Position numbers and translations under genes: made by a program. A stretch of 32,155 nt of DNA from Thermoplasmata archaeon (GTDB lineage: Archaea; Thermoplasmatota; DTKX01; DATEUP01), in the NCBI GenBank assembly GCA_041487695.1, contig JBGPNV010000003.1:1-32155 (forward strand), read 5' to 3'. Numbering within the stretch: position 1 is the stretch's first letter; each line of letters starts with the position of its first letter. The notes under the pieces were generated by a model that saw only the letters and a program-made list of their open reading frames with translations, was not told the origin of the DNA and ran no database searches. Of this stretch, positions 16,568 to 24,447 are shown piece after piece.

Positions 16568-16600
16568 CGATGACCCGGGTTCGAATCCCGGCGCCTGCAT
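16568..16600 (+). repeat. att-like 33-bp direct repeat of the tRNA-Gly 3' end
   Basis: CGATGACCCGGGTTCGAATCCCGGCGCCTGCAT is identical to 13610..13642. Confidence 0.95.
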
Positions 16601-16612
16601 CCCTCTCCTAAC

Positions 16613-16674
16613 GGGCTGCCCATTCAATCAGCCGACCTTTGCTCGGGCCCTGCTGTCCCGTTTGCCCCCCCCCC
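16613..16674 (+). repeat. Diverged partial copy of the island repeat directly after the att duplicate
   Basis: GGCTGCCCATTCAATCAGCCGACCTTTGCTCGGGCCCTGCTGTCCCGTTTGCCC aligns to the right ~60 nt of copy 2. Confidence 0.7.
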
Positions 16675-16740
16675 GAGCGCGCAGAACGCGCCTCCCGCGC
16701 ACCGTGACGCCAGCACCCGCCACGAGTTGCAGCCAAGGAT

Positions 16741-16760
16741 GATATGTGAGTTCACATATC
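16741..16760. promoter_or_regulatory. Operator palindrome of the vapBC-like pair
   Basis: GATATGTGA-GT-TCACATATC, a perfect 9-bp inverted repeat 8 nt before the antitoxin ATG. Confidence 0.75.
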
Positions 16761-16768
16761 CCTCACCC

Positions 16769-16993
16769 ATGCCCAACCTGACCCTCGCGCTCGACGCGGA
16801 GACCGCCAAATGGGTGAAAGCGCACCCGGAGATCGGGTGGAGCGAGGTGGCGCGTCAGGCCATCCGCCGCCGGATCCGCGAGCTCCACGCGCTCGACGCC
16901 GCCTTTGCCGAGTCGCAGCTCAACGAGGCCGACATCGAGCGGCTCACGCGGAAGGCCAAGGAACGCCTGCTGCGGGAAGTCGGTCGCGCATGA
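16769..16993 (+). CDS. Ribbon-helix-helix antitoxin (VapB-like)
   Basis: MPNLTLAL...HPEIGWSEVARQAI archaeal RHH pattern. ATGA overlap with the PIN gene. Confidence 0.85.
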   Translation: MPNLTLALDAETAKWVKAHPEIGWSEVARQAIRRRIRELHALDAAFAESQLNEADIERLTRKAKERLLREVGRA

Positions 16994-17433
16994 CGGCAAG
17001 CCGCCCGCGGCTCGACGGGCCGGTCGTGGTCGACGCGAACATCCTTTTCGGCGCGCTGCTGCGGGACGGCACGACGCGGCACCTCTTGCTCTACGGCGGC
17101 CTCCAACTCCATACGCCCGCCCATGTGTGGGGAGAGTTCGAGCGCAACCGCGAGTATTTGCTCAAGAAGAGCGGGGCTACGGAGGCCGCGCTCGGTCTCT
17201 TGCTCGACGCGCTCCGAGATCGGATGGCCGATGTGCCCCTGCCATTGATCCGCGAACGGATGGAGGAGGCGGCCAAGAGCGTGGGCCCGCGGGGGACTCT
17301 GGACGCGCCGTATGTGGCTGCGGCTATGGCGCTTGGGGCCACGTTGTGGACCCAAGACAAGGAACTGAAGCGACACGCCCCGGTGCCCGTCGTGAACACG
17401 GCGGATGTGGTGGCCGCGCTCGGGCTGCCGTGA
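16990..17433 (+). CDS. PIN-domain toxin (VapC-like)
   Basis: VVVDANIL, E, DAPYVAAA and LWTQDKEL acidic tetrad. Confidence 0.9.
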   Translation: MTASRPRLDGPVVVDANILFGALLRDGTTRHLLLYGGLQLHTPAHVWGEFERNREYLLKKSGATEAALGLLLDALRDRMADVPLPLIRERMEEAAKSVGPRGTLDAPYVAAAMALGATLWTQDKELKRHAPVPVVNTADVVAALGLP

Positions 17434-17494
17434 GGTTCGTGAGCAGGGCGCCTCCGGGAGCGGCTCTGCAAGGGCCGCCCGGTCCCCTACCGCC

Positions 17495-17590
17495 TGGACA
17501 GGAAGGAATTTGATAGCCCCTGCGCCCTGGCTGCTCCTTGCAAGCCCTGGCTTTTGCACCCTCGCCCCGTTGTCCCTTCTGCCCGCCCTC
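17495..17590 (+). repeat. ~96-bp intergenic repeat, copy 3
   Basis: Same TGGACAGGAAG start and conserved right two-thirds; positions ~12-30 are diverged. Confidence 0.92.
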
Positions 17591-17682
17591 CGCAATGGGG
17601 GCGGGCGCCACGCTGGTGCCCGGCAACGGCTTCAGCGTCGGGGCGACCATGCCCGCGAAAGGCGGGCCGTCGCACGATCAAC

Positions 17683-18288
17683 TCAATGGCCGCTTGGGCC
17701 CTTGCGCCGGGGCACGAGCCATCCCACCTTAATCAGCCATGCCTTGAGCGCGAGGCGCGCCTGCCACCCATATTCTTCGGGGAGTAGATCCGAAACCCGC
17801 AGGGCGTGCATGCGCAGAAGGTCCCGTCCCACCAAACGCTCGGCGAGTGCGATACTCACCTCGCTGCGACGGGCGTGCAGCAAGACCGCCACATCGGTAA
17901 GGTCCATTTCGCGCCCGGCCCTGAGCTTGAGGCGAAGGAGGTCCTCAAGGGATGCTACCGAGACCGGAACCTTGGCATACACGAGCTTGCGGGCCCGGTG
18001 CATGAGATCCTCATCAACCGGCACATCCCCGATTCGCGATGTGTAGGCGTCGACCTCGCCGACCGCGGGCGACTTGAACGTGTGCTTGGCCAGGTGCGTT
18101 TCGCGGTGGGAGAAGCCGGCTCTCAGCAAGGCAGCCTTGAGGGTCGGGAAATCCCGCTCTCGCGTGACGACATCGATGTCGTGGGTCGTTCGGTAAGCCA
18201 CATAGGACTCGACCGCAACACCTCCGATGAAGACCGCGCGGTCGGCGAGGTGCTCCTCGATGAGCCGCACAATGGCTGCTACGTCCAC
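17683..18288 (-). CDS. Nucleotidyltransferase-fold toxin (AbiEii-like)
   Basis: FIGGVAV...RTTHDIDVV and LLRLKLRAGREMDLTD motifs. Confidence 0.82.
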   Translation of the reverse strand: MDVAAIVRLIEEHLADRAVFIGGVAVESYVAYRTTHDIDVVTRERDFPTLKAALLRAGFSHRETHLAKHTFKSPAVGEVDAYTSRIGDVPVDEDLMHRARKLVYAKVPVSVASLEDLLRLKLRAGREMDLTDVAVLLHARRSEVSIALAERLVGRDLLRMHALRVSDLLPEEYGWQARLALKAWLIKVGWLVPRRKGPSGH

Positions 18289-18908
18289 GGCGCGGCCTCC
18301 TCTAGCACCTTGAGCATCGCGTGACCGTCGATCCTCATCCCCGGCCGCCGGCTCTCAGGGAATTCGACAAACACGCGAGCCGCATCAAGACCGTGCCGGC
18401 CCCCCATCCGCGCCGAGTCCTCGACGAGGCGGCTCAAGGACACCAAGCACAGGCCTTGCGTGACCTGCGAGTTGGAAAGAACATCGTCGGGAGCGCGAAG
18501 GAGTACGAGGTTCGCGCGCTCACCGTCCTCAGGAGGGACCGCGCCTTTGGCCCGCAGGGCGCGGCGCCAAAGCGCGATCGGCCGGACGTACACCCAAACG
18601 GCCGCGGGCGTTTGGTACTTGGTGAGAACCCAGGCCGCCACGTCAAGCGTTGCTGCATAGGGAAGCTCCTTCCGCGCGGCTACGGCCTTGACCGCATCGG
18701 TGGCATCGGCCACCCCGCGCCCGCACCGCAGGTACACGGGCTCCGCAAATGGATCAAGGACGCGCTCCAGGGCCTCGCGCGTGACAGCCGATGGGACTTG
18801 AAGCCCGTTTTCAATGAAACTCAGAGAGGTGCGCGAAATCCCCGATGCCGCCGAGAGATCCGCCTGAGAGAGCGCCAGGTTTCGGCGTCGATTACGCAGG
18901 TCTAACAT
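18279..18908 (-). CDS. Xre-HTH protein, putative cognate (AbiEi-like) antitoxin
   Basis: RRRNLALSQADLS...ISRTSLSFIENG..PS HTH and a C-terminal YA.T...AAW / VWVYV / GERANLVLL region. Overlaps the toxin start. ATG at 18908. Confidence 0.78.
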   Translation of the reverse strand: MLDLRNRRRNLALSQADLSAASGISRTSLSFIENGLQVPSAVTREALERVLDPFAEPVYLRCGRGVADATDAVKAVAARKELPYAATLDVAAWVLTKYQTPAAVWVYVRPIALWRRALRAKGAVPPEDGERANLVLLRAPDDVLSNSQVTQGLCLVSLSRLVEDSARMGGRHGLDAARVFVEFPESRRPGMRIDGHAMLKVLEEAAPWT

Positions 18909-18935
18909 GATGTTAAGTAGGATTAACATGGTCAA
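18903..18935. promoter_or_regulatory. Operator-like palindromes at the start of the HTH gene
   Basis: TAACAT-G-ATGTTA (18903-18915) and a second related TTAACATGGTCAA in an AT-rich patch. Confidence 0.5.
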
Positions 18936-19004
18936 GAACGTTGCGTCCAACGGCACTACCGGGTCGCCGCCTTCGGCGACACGTACGTCCTCGGGGTCCT
19001 CGGG

Positions 19005-19221
19005 AGAGATGGGCCTGCGGTTCGACTTTCGGCAATTCCGCCGCGCCTTCGGGCAAAACGCCTTGGATCGCGGCCCACGGCTCGATTCCGTGTCGGTGGC
19101 CCTCGGCCACCACAGCACCAAAACCACGGAGGCCTACTACGCGCGGATACGGACCAAGGACGCCTTCAGGGACCTCGAACGAGTTTGGGTTACCCCCTCG
19201 GTGCAAAAACCCGCTGATTGA
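19005..19221 (+). pseudogene. C-terminal fragment of a tyrosine recombinase/integrase
   Basis: FDFRQFRRAFGQ (HxxR variant)...VSVALGHHSTKTTEAYY with the catalytic Tyr. N-terminal domains and the box I Arg are absent. Confidence 0.85.
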
Positions 19222-19371
19222 CGCTAGAGCCAGCGGCGCCGCCTTCAAGGGCCGGCGCCTGCAGTTCTCTTCATCACGCGGACAGGTCCCCCCGCGACCG
19301 CATGGCCCGCGGAAGCCCCTTGAACTCGCGGGACGGTTCGCGCCCGAGGCCGCTTGGTGGAAAACGGGAAG

Positions 19372-20052
19372 CTACGGCGGGCTCTTCGGCCGTGAAACCT
19401 GGAAGGAGGCGACGAGGGTCAAGACGACCGTCGCCTCGGCTAAGCCCACACCCGGGAGGAATCGGCCCCCGGCGGCGCCCGGCGGGGGCCGGAAGTTGCG
19501 GTCGACATAGTCGATGCGGTCGGCGGCGCTCCCTCCATCGTAGAGGTTCCGAGACACCTGCGCCTGGGCCGTCCATCCGCCCGAGATGTCGGAGAAAAGG
19601 GACCGGGGAATTGCCATGGTAAGCGTGTCCCCGTGGACCGTCCAGTTGACAACACCCTGGCCCTCGCGGTGCTCCATCTCGGCGCTCCCGTTAGAATAGT
19701 AGAGTCGGAGGACAAACGACGCGTTGGGGTGGGAAATGAGGGCGTCGTAGCTCACCCCGGGGTCGCTCTGCGCGATTGCCCCCTTCACCTGAAGCTCGAC
19801 CACAATCTGGTCAGCGACGTTGCACGTCCTGAGGTCGACCACGTCGAGTTCCTCGAAGCCCGAGACTTGGGCCGGCGGCGAGGTCTGCTGAACATCGCCC
19901 GCGGGGTCAAGCAGGCGGTACTCGTAGGCTGAGCCGCACGAAGGGGCCGGCGCTGCGTCGCCGGAGGGGGCGGAAGCAAGGAGCGCGAGCAGCCCGACGC
20001 CAAGGACCCAAGGAGGAAACCTTTTCGTCAACGGGAGGCCGATGGCAGGCAA
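19372..20052 (-). CDS. Exported protein with PGF-CTERM-like (LPGV) anchor
   Basis: Signal peptide, DPAGDV...LDVVDL beta domain, and FLPGVG + hydrophobic + basic tail. Start uncertain (TTG 20052 or 20031). Confidence 0.72.
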   Translation of the reverse strand: MPAIGLPLTKRFPPWVLGVGLLALLASAPSGDAAPAPSCGSAYEYRLLDPAGDVQQTSPPAQVSGFEELDVVDLRTCNVADQIVVELQVKGAIAQSDPGVSYDALISHPNASFVLRLYYSNGSAEMEHREGQGVVNWTVHGDTLTMAIPRSLFSDISGGWTAQAQVSRNLYDGGSAADRIDYVDRNFRPPPGAAGGRFLPGVGLAEATVVLTLVASFQVSRPKSPP

Positions 20053-20168
20053 GGCGCGGACGGCTCTTCAACTTTGGCGGGAGGCCTTTCATTGACTTCA
20101 CCCGAGCGCTTTGGCAAGCGACGTCGCCCGTGCCCGGTTTGCACCCTGCGACCCCCCGAGGTGCAACC

Positions 20169-20642
20169 ATGACCATCCAGGTCGCGCTGCGCCCCGTCGC
20201 CGACAGCGACCTCCCCTTCCTCTTCGCCAACCAACAGGACCCGGTGGCCACCGCGATGGCCGCCTTCCCCACCAGGGACAGGGAGGCGTTTTGGGCGCAC
20301 TTGAGCAAGATCCGCGCCGACAAAGCCGTCACGCTGAGGACGGTCCTCGTCGGCAGCGAGGTCGCGGGGACGATCAACAGCTGGCCCCAAGACGGCCGGG
20401 CGATGGTCGGTTACTGGATCGGACGGGCCTTCTGGGGCCGGGGCGTGGCCACCGAGGCGCTGCGGCTGCTTCTCCGCGAGGTGAAGGAGCGCCCTCTTTA
20501 CGCGCACGTGGCCAAGCAAAACGTTGGCTCGGTCCGCGTGCTCGAGAAGTGCGGCTTCAAGATAGTGGGCGAGGAGAAGGATGTCTCGGTCGGCGGCGGC
20601 CCGCCGGCCGACGAGTGGGTCATGCGCTTGGACGGGCCCTGA
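20169..20642 (+). CDS. GNAT N-acetyltransferase (RimJ/RimL-like)
   Basis: VGYWIGRAFWGRGVATEAL and NVGSVRVLEKCGF. GAGGTG SD. Confidence 0.92.
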   Translation: MTIQVALRPVADSDLPFLFANQQDPVATAMAAFPTRDREAFWAHLSKIRADKAVTLRTVLVGSEVAGTINSWPQDGRAMVGYWIGRAFWGRGVATEALRLLLREVKERPLYAHVAKQNVGSVRVLEKCGFKIVGEEKDVSVGGGPPADEWVMRLDGP

Positions 20643-20649
20643 GCGGGCG

Positions 20650-22524
20650 TCACTGCGGCTTCTCCGGCGGCGCCGCCGATTCTTCGGCCGGCGGCTCGCC
20701 CCCGCCCTTTCCGTCCGCGAATTTCTCGAAGAGCTGCGTGTACTCCTTCTCCTCGTTCATCGTGCCCTTGTAGAACCGCCCGAACTGGTCCTCGTACGCC
20801 TCCTTGCGCGGCGGCCCCCGCCGCCTCCACCACAGCGCGAGCAGCGCCGAAACGACGACGGCCGCCGCAAGCGAGGCGAGCGCGAGCGGCTCCTCGATCG
20901 CGTTGGGCGCCGTCACCGGTCGCTCCTGGACCTCGAGCGTGATGTTCCGGTAGGCAACATTGCCCGAGCCGTCGTCGCCGCGCAGCGAGACGGCGTAAAG
21001 TCCCGCGGAGGGGAACGCCAGGTGCAGGGCGCGGCCCGGGATCCACCCCGTCGCGAGGCCCGGGCCGGTGATGTTCCAAGCCAAGAGGAGGACCCCAGCC
21101 TCGGGGTCGCTCGAATTCCCCGCGTCGAGTTCGATCGTCGCATTCGGGTAGAACTCGCCGGAAAACGTGAGCTCGAGCGTCGGGGGCGCGTTCGTGGCCG
21201 GCTGCGACCGTGAAGCGAAAACGCGGAAGGTCGCGGGCAGGTCGCCTGGCGTGCCCTCGACGCGCGCAACGTTCGACGGCCCACTGAGCGCCGTCACGAG
21301 GGCGAGCCACGCCCCCCCCTCGAGGCGGTGGAGCCGCGCGGCGGAGCCGTTCACGCCGGCCGCCGGCAGGAACGCGACTTCGAGGGTGTAGTTCGACGCG
21401 CCAAGCGCGCTGCCGTTTACGAGGTAGGCGGGGGAGACGGGCACGAGGCCCGCCGGGTCGGCCGGGAAGGGACCCGGCGCCGGGTTTATCGTGAAATTCC
21501 CTGGCCTGAGGAGGGAAAGAGCGAGCCGCGCGCCTGCATCGGGCGAAAGCGCGCTGGTGTTTTGCCACACATCGGGCCCCGTGAGAGTGGGTGTCAGATT
21601 TGTGAAGCGCCCGTCGTCGGCAAGGACGTAAAAAGCGTGGCGGCCCGCGGACGGCGAGAGCGAAAGGCTGTAGGCTTGCCCGGCCCGGGGGTCGGCCCCA
21701 GAGCTTTTGACCATGGGGTGCGGCGACCCGTCAAGGACGAGCAGCACGCCCGCCGCCTCCTCGCCGTTGTCCTCCGTGTAGGTGGCTGAAAAGGTGAAGG
21801 GGTCGCCTTCGAAGCCCGAGGCCGGCGACGCGGGCAGCGCCACTATGCGAGGCGGCACATTGACCTCGACCATGACCACGACGGAGGCTGTGTCTTCGCC
21901 GCCGCGGTTGTCGACGGCGCGAAGCGTGATCGTGTGGCGGCCCGCCATGAGCTTGACACTCAGGTTCTCGCCAGTCCCGAACTGGCCGGACAGGTTCGTC
22001 GACCAGAAGAACGTGAGCGGCCCCCCCTCCGGGTCGCTGGAGCCCGACGCAGTGAAGTTGATGAACTCGTCCGTGAAAAAGCGCGAGCCGTTGAGCGGCG
22101 CGGCGAGCAGCGCCGCGGGCGGGGCGTTCGGCGGACGGATGGTGACGGTGACGTTCGCGTAGGCCTCGAGGGACTCGTTGTCCCTCACCGTGAGCTCGAC
22201 CACATAGGTGCCGGGCACCGTGAAGTTCGTGTAATTCACGACCTGCGCGAGGGGCCCCTCGATCCGCTCGGTCGGGAAGTCCCAGATGAAGTACAGGGGG
22301 CCGCCGTCCGGGTCGGTCGATCCGTTGGCCGAGAAAACGATCAGCGCGCCGGCGTCGTAGGCGGAGTTGTTTGGGGGGGCGGCGACATTGGCAAGCGGCG
22401 GGCTTCCCGCGGAAGCGCCTTGCGAAAGCGCCAGGGCAAGCAAGGCCGTCCCGAAGGCCGCGAGCGCGAGCACCAGGGGGCCAGGGATCCCCTCGCGGGG
22501 GCGGGCTTCGCCTCGTTGCGCCAC
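20650..22524 (-). CDS. PKD-domain cell-surface protein with C-terminal TM and cytoplasmic tail
   Basis: Three S(T/S)DP(D/E)..L...W modules, PGTYVVELTVRD and many NxS/T sequons. GTG start at 22524 is inferred. Confidence 0.85.
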   Translation of the reverse strand: MAQRGEARPREGIPGPLVLALAAFGTALLALALSQGASAGSPPLANVAAPPNNSAYDAGALIVFSANGSTDPDGGPLYFIWDFPTERIEGPLAQVVNYTNFTVPGTYVVELTVRDNESLEAYANVTVTIRPPNAPPAALLAAPLNGSRFFTDEFINFTASGSSDPEGGPLTFFWSTNLSGQFGTGENLSVKLMAGRHTITLRAVDNRGGEDTASVVVMVEVNVPPRIVALPASPASGFEGDPFTFSATYTEDNGEEAAGVLLVLDGSPHPMVKSSGADPRAGQAYSLSLSPSAGRHAFYVLADDGRFTNLTPTLTGPDVWQNTSALSPDAGARLALSLLRPGNFTINPAPGPFPADPAGLVPVSPAYLVNGSALGASNYTLEVAFLPAAGVNGSAARLHRLEGGAWLALVTALSGPSNVARVEGTPGDLPATFRVFASRSQPATNAPPTLELTFSGEFYPNATIELDAGNSSDPEAGVLLLAWNITGPGLATGWIPGRALHLAFPSAGLYAVSLRGDDGSGNVAYRNITLEVQERPVTAPNAIEEPLALASLAAAVVVSALLALWWRRRGPPRKEAYEDQFGRFYKGTMNEEKEYTQLFEKFADGKGGGEPPAEESAAPPEKPQ

Positions 22525-22640
22525 GGCACCAACGATCCCCCCGACCGCGGATAAATAGCCTCTCCGACAGCCTTCGGAGAGTGCGGGCCCGAAGGGGCCG
22601 CAAGGCAACCTACTTGACCCATCCAGCGCCTCCCCGGCTT

Positions 22641-23483
22641 GTGCCACGCAAGAGCGAATTCCACGCCTTTCTCGACGAGGACGTGGGCCGAGGCGACGTC
22701 ACCTCGGAGCTCGTGGTCCCGCGCAAGGCCAGGGCACGCGGGCGAATTGTCGCGAAACAAGCCTGCGTGCTCGCGGGACTCGACGAAGCCGGAGCGGTCT
22801 TTGGCGAGCTTGGCCTCGCCTTCGACGCCAGGGCAAAGGACGGCGAGCGCGTCGCGCGGGGGCAGGTCGTCGCCAAGGTGCGCGGCAAAGCGCGCTCGCT
22901 TCTCAAGGGCGAGCGCGTGGCCCTCAACATCCTCCAGCGGATGAGCGGGATCGCGACGCTCACGCGACGCACAGTCGAGGCGGGCCGGCGCGCGAACCCC
23001 CGGCTCATCGTGGCCGCCACCCGCAAGACGACCCCGGGCTTCCGCGCGTTTGAAAAACGCGCCGTCGTGCTCGGCGGGGGCGACCCGCACCGGTTCGCGC
23101 TCGACGACATGGTCCTTGTGAAAGACAACCACCTCGCCATCGTGGGCGGGGTCGAGCCTGCCATGGCGGCCCTGGCGAGGCAAAGCGGCACGCCCTTCAC
23201 GAAGAAGGTCGAGGTCGAGGTGTCGAACCTCAAGGACGCGCTCAAAGCCGCCGAGCTTGGCGCCGACATCGTGATGCTCGACAACTTCCCGAAGGCGGGG
23301 CTCCCACGGGCCTACCGCACGCTGAAATCCGCGTACCCGCGGGTCCTCGTGGAGGTCTCGGGGAACATCGACGCCTCGAACATTGCGCGGGTGGCGCCCT
23401 ACGCCGACATCGTCTCCTGCGGTGCCCTTACCCATTCGGCACCGGCCTGCGACTTCAGCCTCGAGGTTGAGCCGGAAAAGTGA
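22641..23483 (+). CDS. nadC: Quinolinate phosphoribosyltransferase
   Basis: EDVGRGDVTS, ERVALNILQRMSGIAT, TRKTTPG, HRF, KDNH, EVEV, MLDN, SGNI, GALTHS. Confidence 0.96.
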   Translation: MPRKSEFHAFLDEDVGRGDVTSELVVPRKARARGRIVAKQACVLAGLDEAGAVFGELGLAFDARAKDGERVARGQVVAKVRGKARSLLKGERVALNILQRMSGIATLTRRTVEAGRRANPRLIVAATRKTTPGFRAFEKRAVVLGGGDPHRFALDDMVLVKDNHLAIVGGVEPAMAALARQSGTPFTKKVEVEVSNLKDALKAAELGADIVMLDNFPKAGLPRAYRTLKSAYPRVLVEVSGNIDASNIARVAPYADIVSCGALTHSAPACDFSLEVEPEK

Positions 23484-23531
23484 AAGGGCAAGAGCGCCAG
23501 ATCCCCCCTTACTCGACGGAGCGTGGAAGCG

Positions 23532-23933
23532 GTGCTGCCAGGTGGGATGGACCCTCGCAAGATGAAGGCCCTCATGAAGCAGATGGGCATCGAGCAGGAA
23601 GAGCTGCGCGACGTGCTGGAAGTCGTAATCCGGATGCGCTCGAAGGATCTCGTGTTCAAGGAGCCCCAGGTCGTCGAGGTCCGCGCGCAGGGCTCGCGCA
23701 CGTTTCAAGTCGTCGGCAGGCCCGAGGAAAGGGCCCCGTCGTCAGGGTCGCCGACGAAGGTCGCCGCCGCCGCGACCCCGCGGAAGGACGAGCCCGTGGA
23801 GCCGTCGGAGTTTCCCGAGGACGACGTCCGGCTCGTCATGGACCAGGCCAGCTGCTCACGCAAGGCCGCGGTCGGCGCGCTTCGCTCAGCGGACGGCAGT
23901 CCCGCCGAGGCGATCCTCTCGCTCATTTCATGA
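23532..23933 (+). CDS. nac: Archaeal nascent polypeptide-associated complex protein
   Basis: GMDPRKMKALMKQMGI, V.EVVI, and C-terminal UBA-like DDVRLVMDQA...AEAILSL. Confidence 0.93.
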   Translation: MLPGGMDPRKMKALMKQMGIEQEELRDVLEVVIRMRSKDLVFKEPQVVEVRAQGSRTFQVVGRPEERAPSSGSPTKVAAAATPRKDEPVEPSEFPEDDVRLVMDQASCSRKAAVGALRSADGSPAEAILSLIS

Positions 23934-23960
23934 TACAGACGGCCCAGGCGATCGGGCGCG

Positions 23961-24188
23961 CTACCGGAATCGGGCCATCACTCGCGGCGCGCTGTCGGGG
24001 TTCGCGCGGCGCTTCATGTCCTGGAGCAGCCCGCTGTAGTACGAGATCTGCTGCCGCACGCGCGCGGTCTCTTCGGGAAAGGCCCGAGCGCCGCCGGTCT
24101 CGCCGAGCTCCTTGGCGCGCCGCTCCCACCGGCGCAACTCGTCGATGGCGAGGAGCACCTTGTCCACGTCGAGCGCTGCTTCGCCCAC
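23961..24188 (-). CDS. Small coiled-coil hypothetical protein
   Basis: 75 aa, host-like codon usage, fills the gap between nac and the next promoter, G-rich SD. Confidence 0.65.
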   Translation of the reverse strand: MGEAALDVDKVLLAIDELRRWERRAKELGETGGARAFPEETARVRQQISYYSGLLQDMKRRANPDSAPRVMARFR

Positions 24189-24447
24189 GCCGCGCCCCCA
24201 GATTCGAGGGGGGGCACCAGGAAAAGAACGTTTTGTGCCTGCGGGGGGAGCGCTCCTCGCAGGCGGGAGGCCGGGGCCCGGGCTTCAACGCCTGCCGATG
24301 GCTCGCACGTGGTTTGGCGATGACTTCTTCGGCCTTTTTCGCGCGCTGGCTCGGTTATGAGACACACCTGGGTGAGAGAATCACGGTTGCGGTTCTCGCC
24401 GTTACCTTTAATGCCTCGACGTCCGGCCTTCGCCTTACGGTGAACAC

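Larger units (their letters stand above)
13610..19222. mobile_element. tRNA-Gly-integrated accessory island / modular cassette array
   Basis: 33-bp tRNA 3'-end duplication, repeated ~96-bp elements, several TA-like pairs and an integrase remnant. The right boundary is uncertain and may extend to ~20100. Confidence 0.75.

Noticed and set aside
16568-16600. Second tRNA-Gly gene or split-tRNA half
   Set aside because: Only the T arm and 3' acceptor strand are present, with no 5' half, and an intact copy exists nearby. An att duplicate is the simpler reading.
14590-17590. Repeats as a CRISPR array
   Set aside because: Units are ~96 bp and are separated by 0.6-2 kb of genes. There are no 30-40-nt spacers and no cas genes.
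14590-17590. Repeats as canonical integron attC sites
   Set aside because: No RYYYAAC...GTTRRRY ends (GGACAG and GTTGTCC instead), and the long hairpin is not conserved in copy 3. An IntegronFinder run would settle it.
14115-17650. Several ORFs sharing peptides such as APPPWLLLASP or VQKPGLARSSQG, suggesting a protein family
   Set aside because: The shared peptides are translations of the DNA repeat in ORFs that otherwise overlap real genes out of frame or antisense.
18907-19221. Intact 104-aa mini-recombinase
   Set aside because: The N-terminal ~30 residues are low-complexity and overlap the HTH gene's start and operator, and the box I Arg and binding domains are missing. Treated as a remnant.
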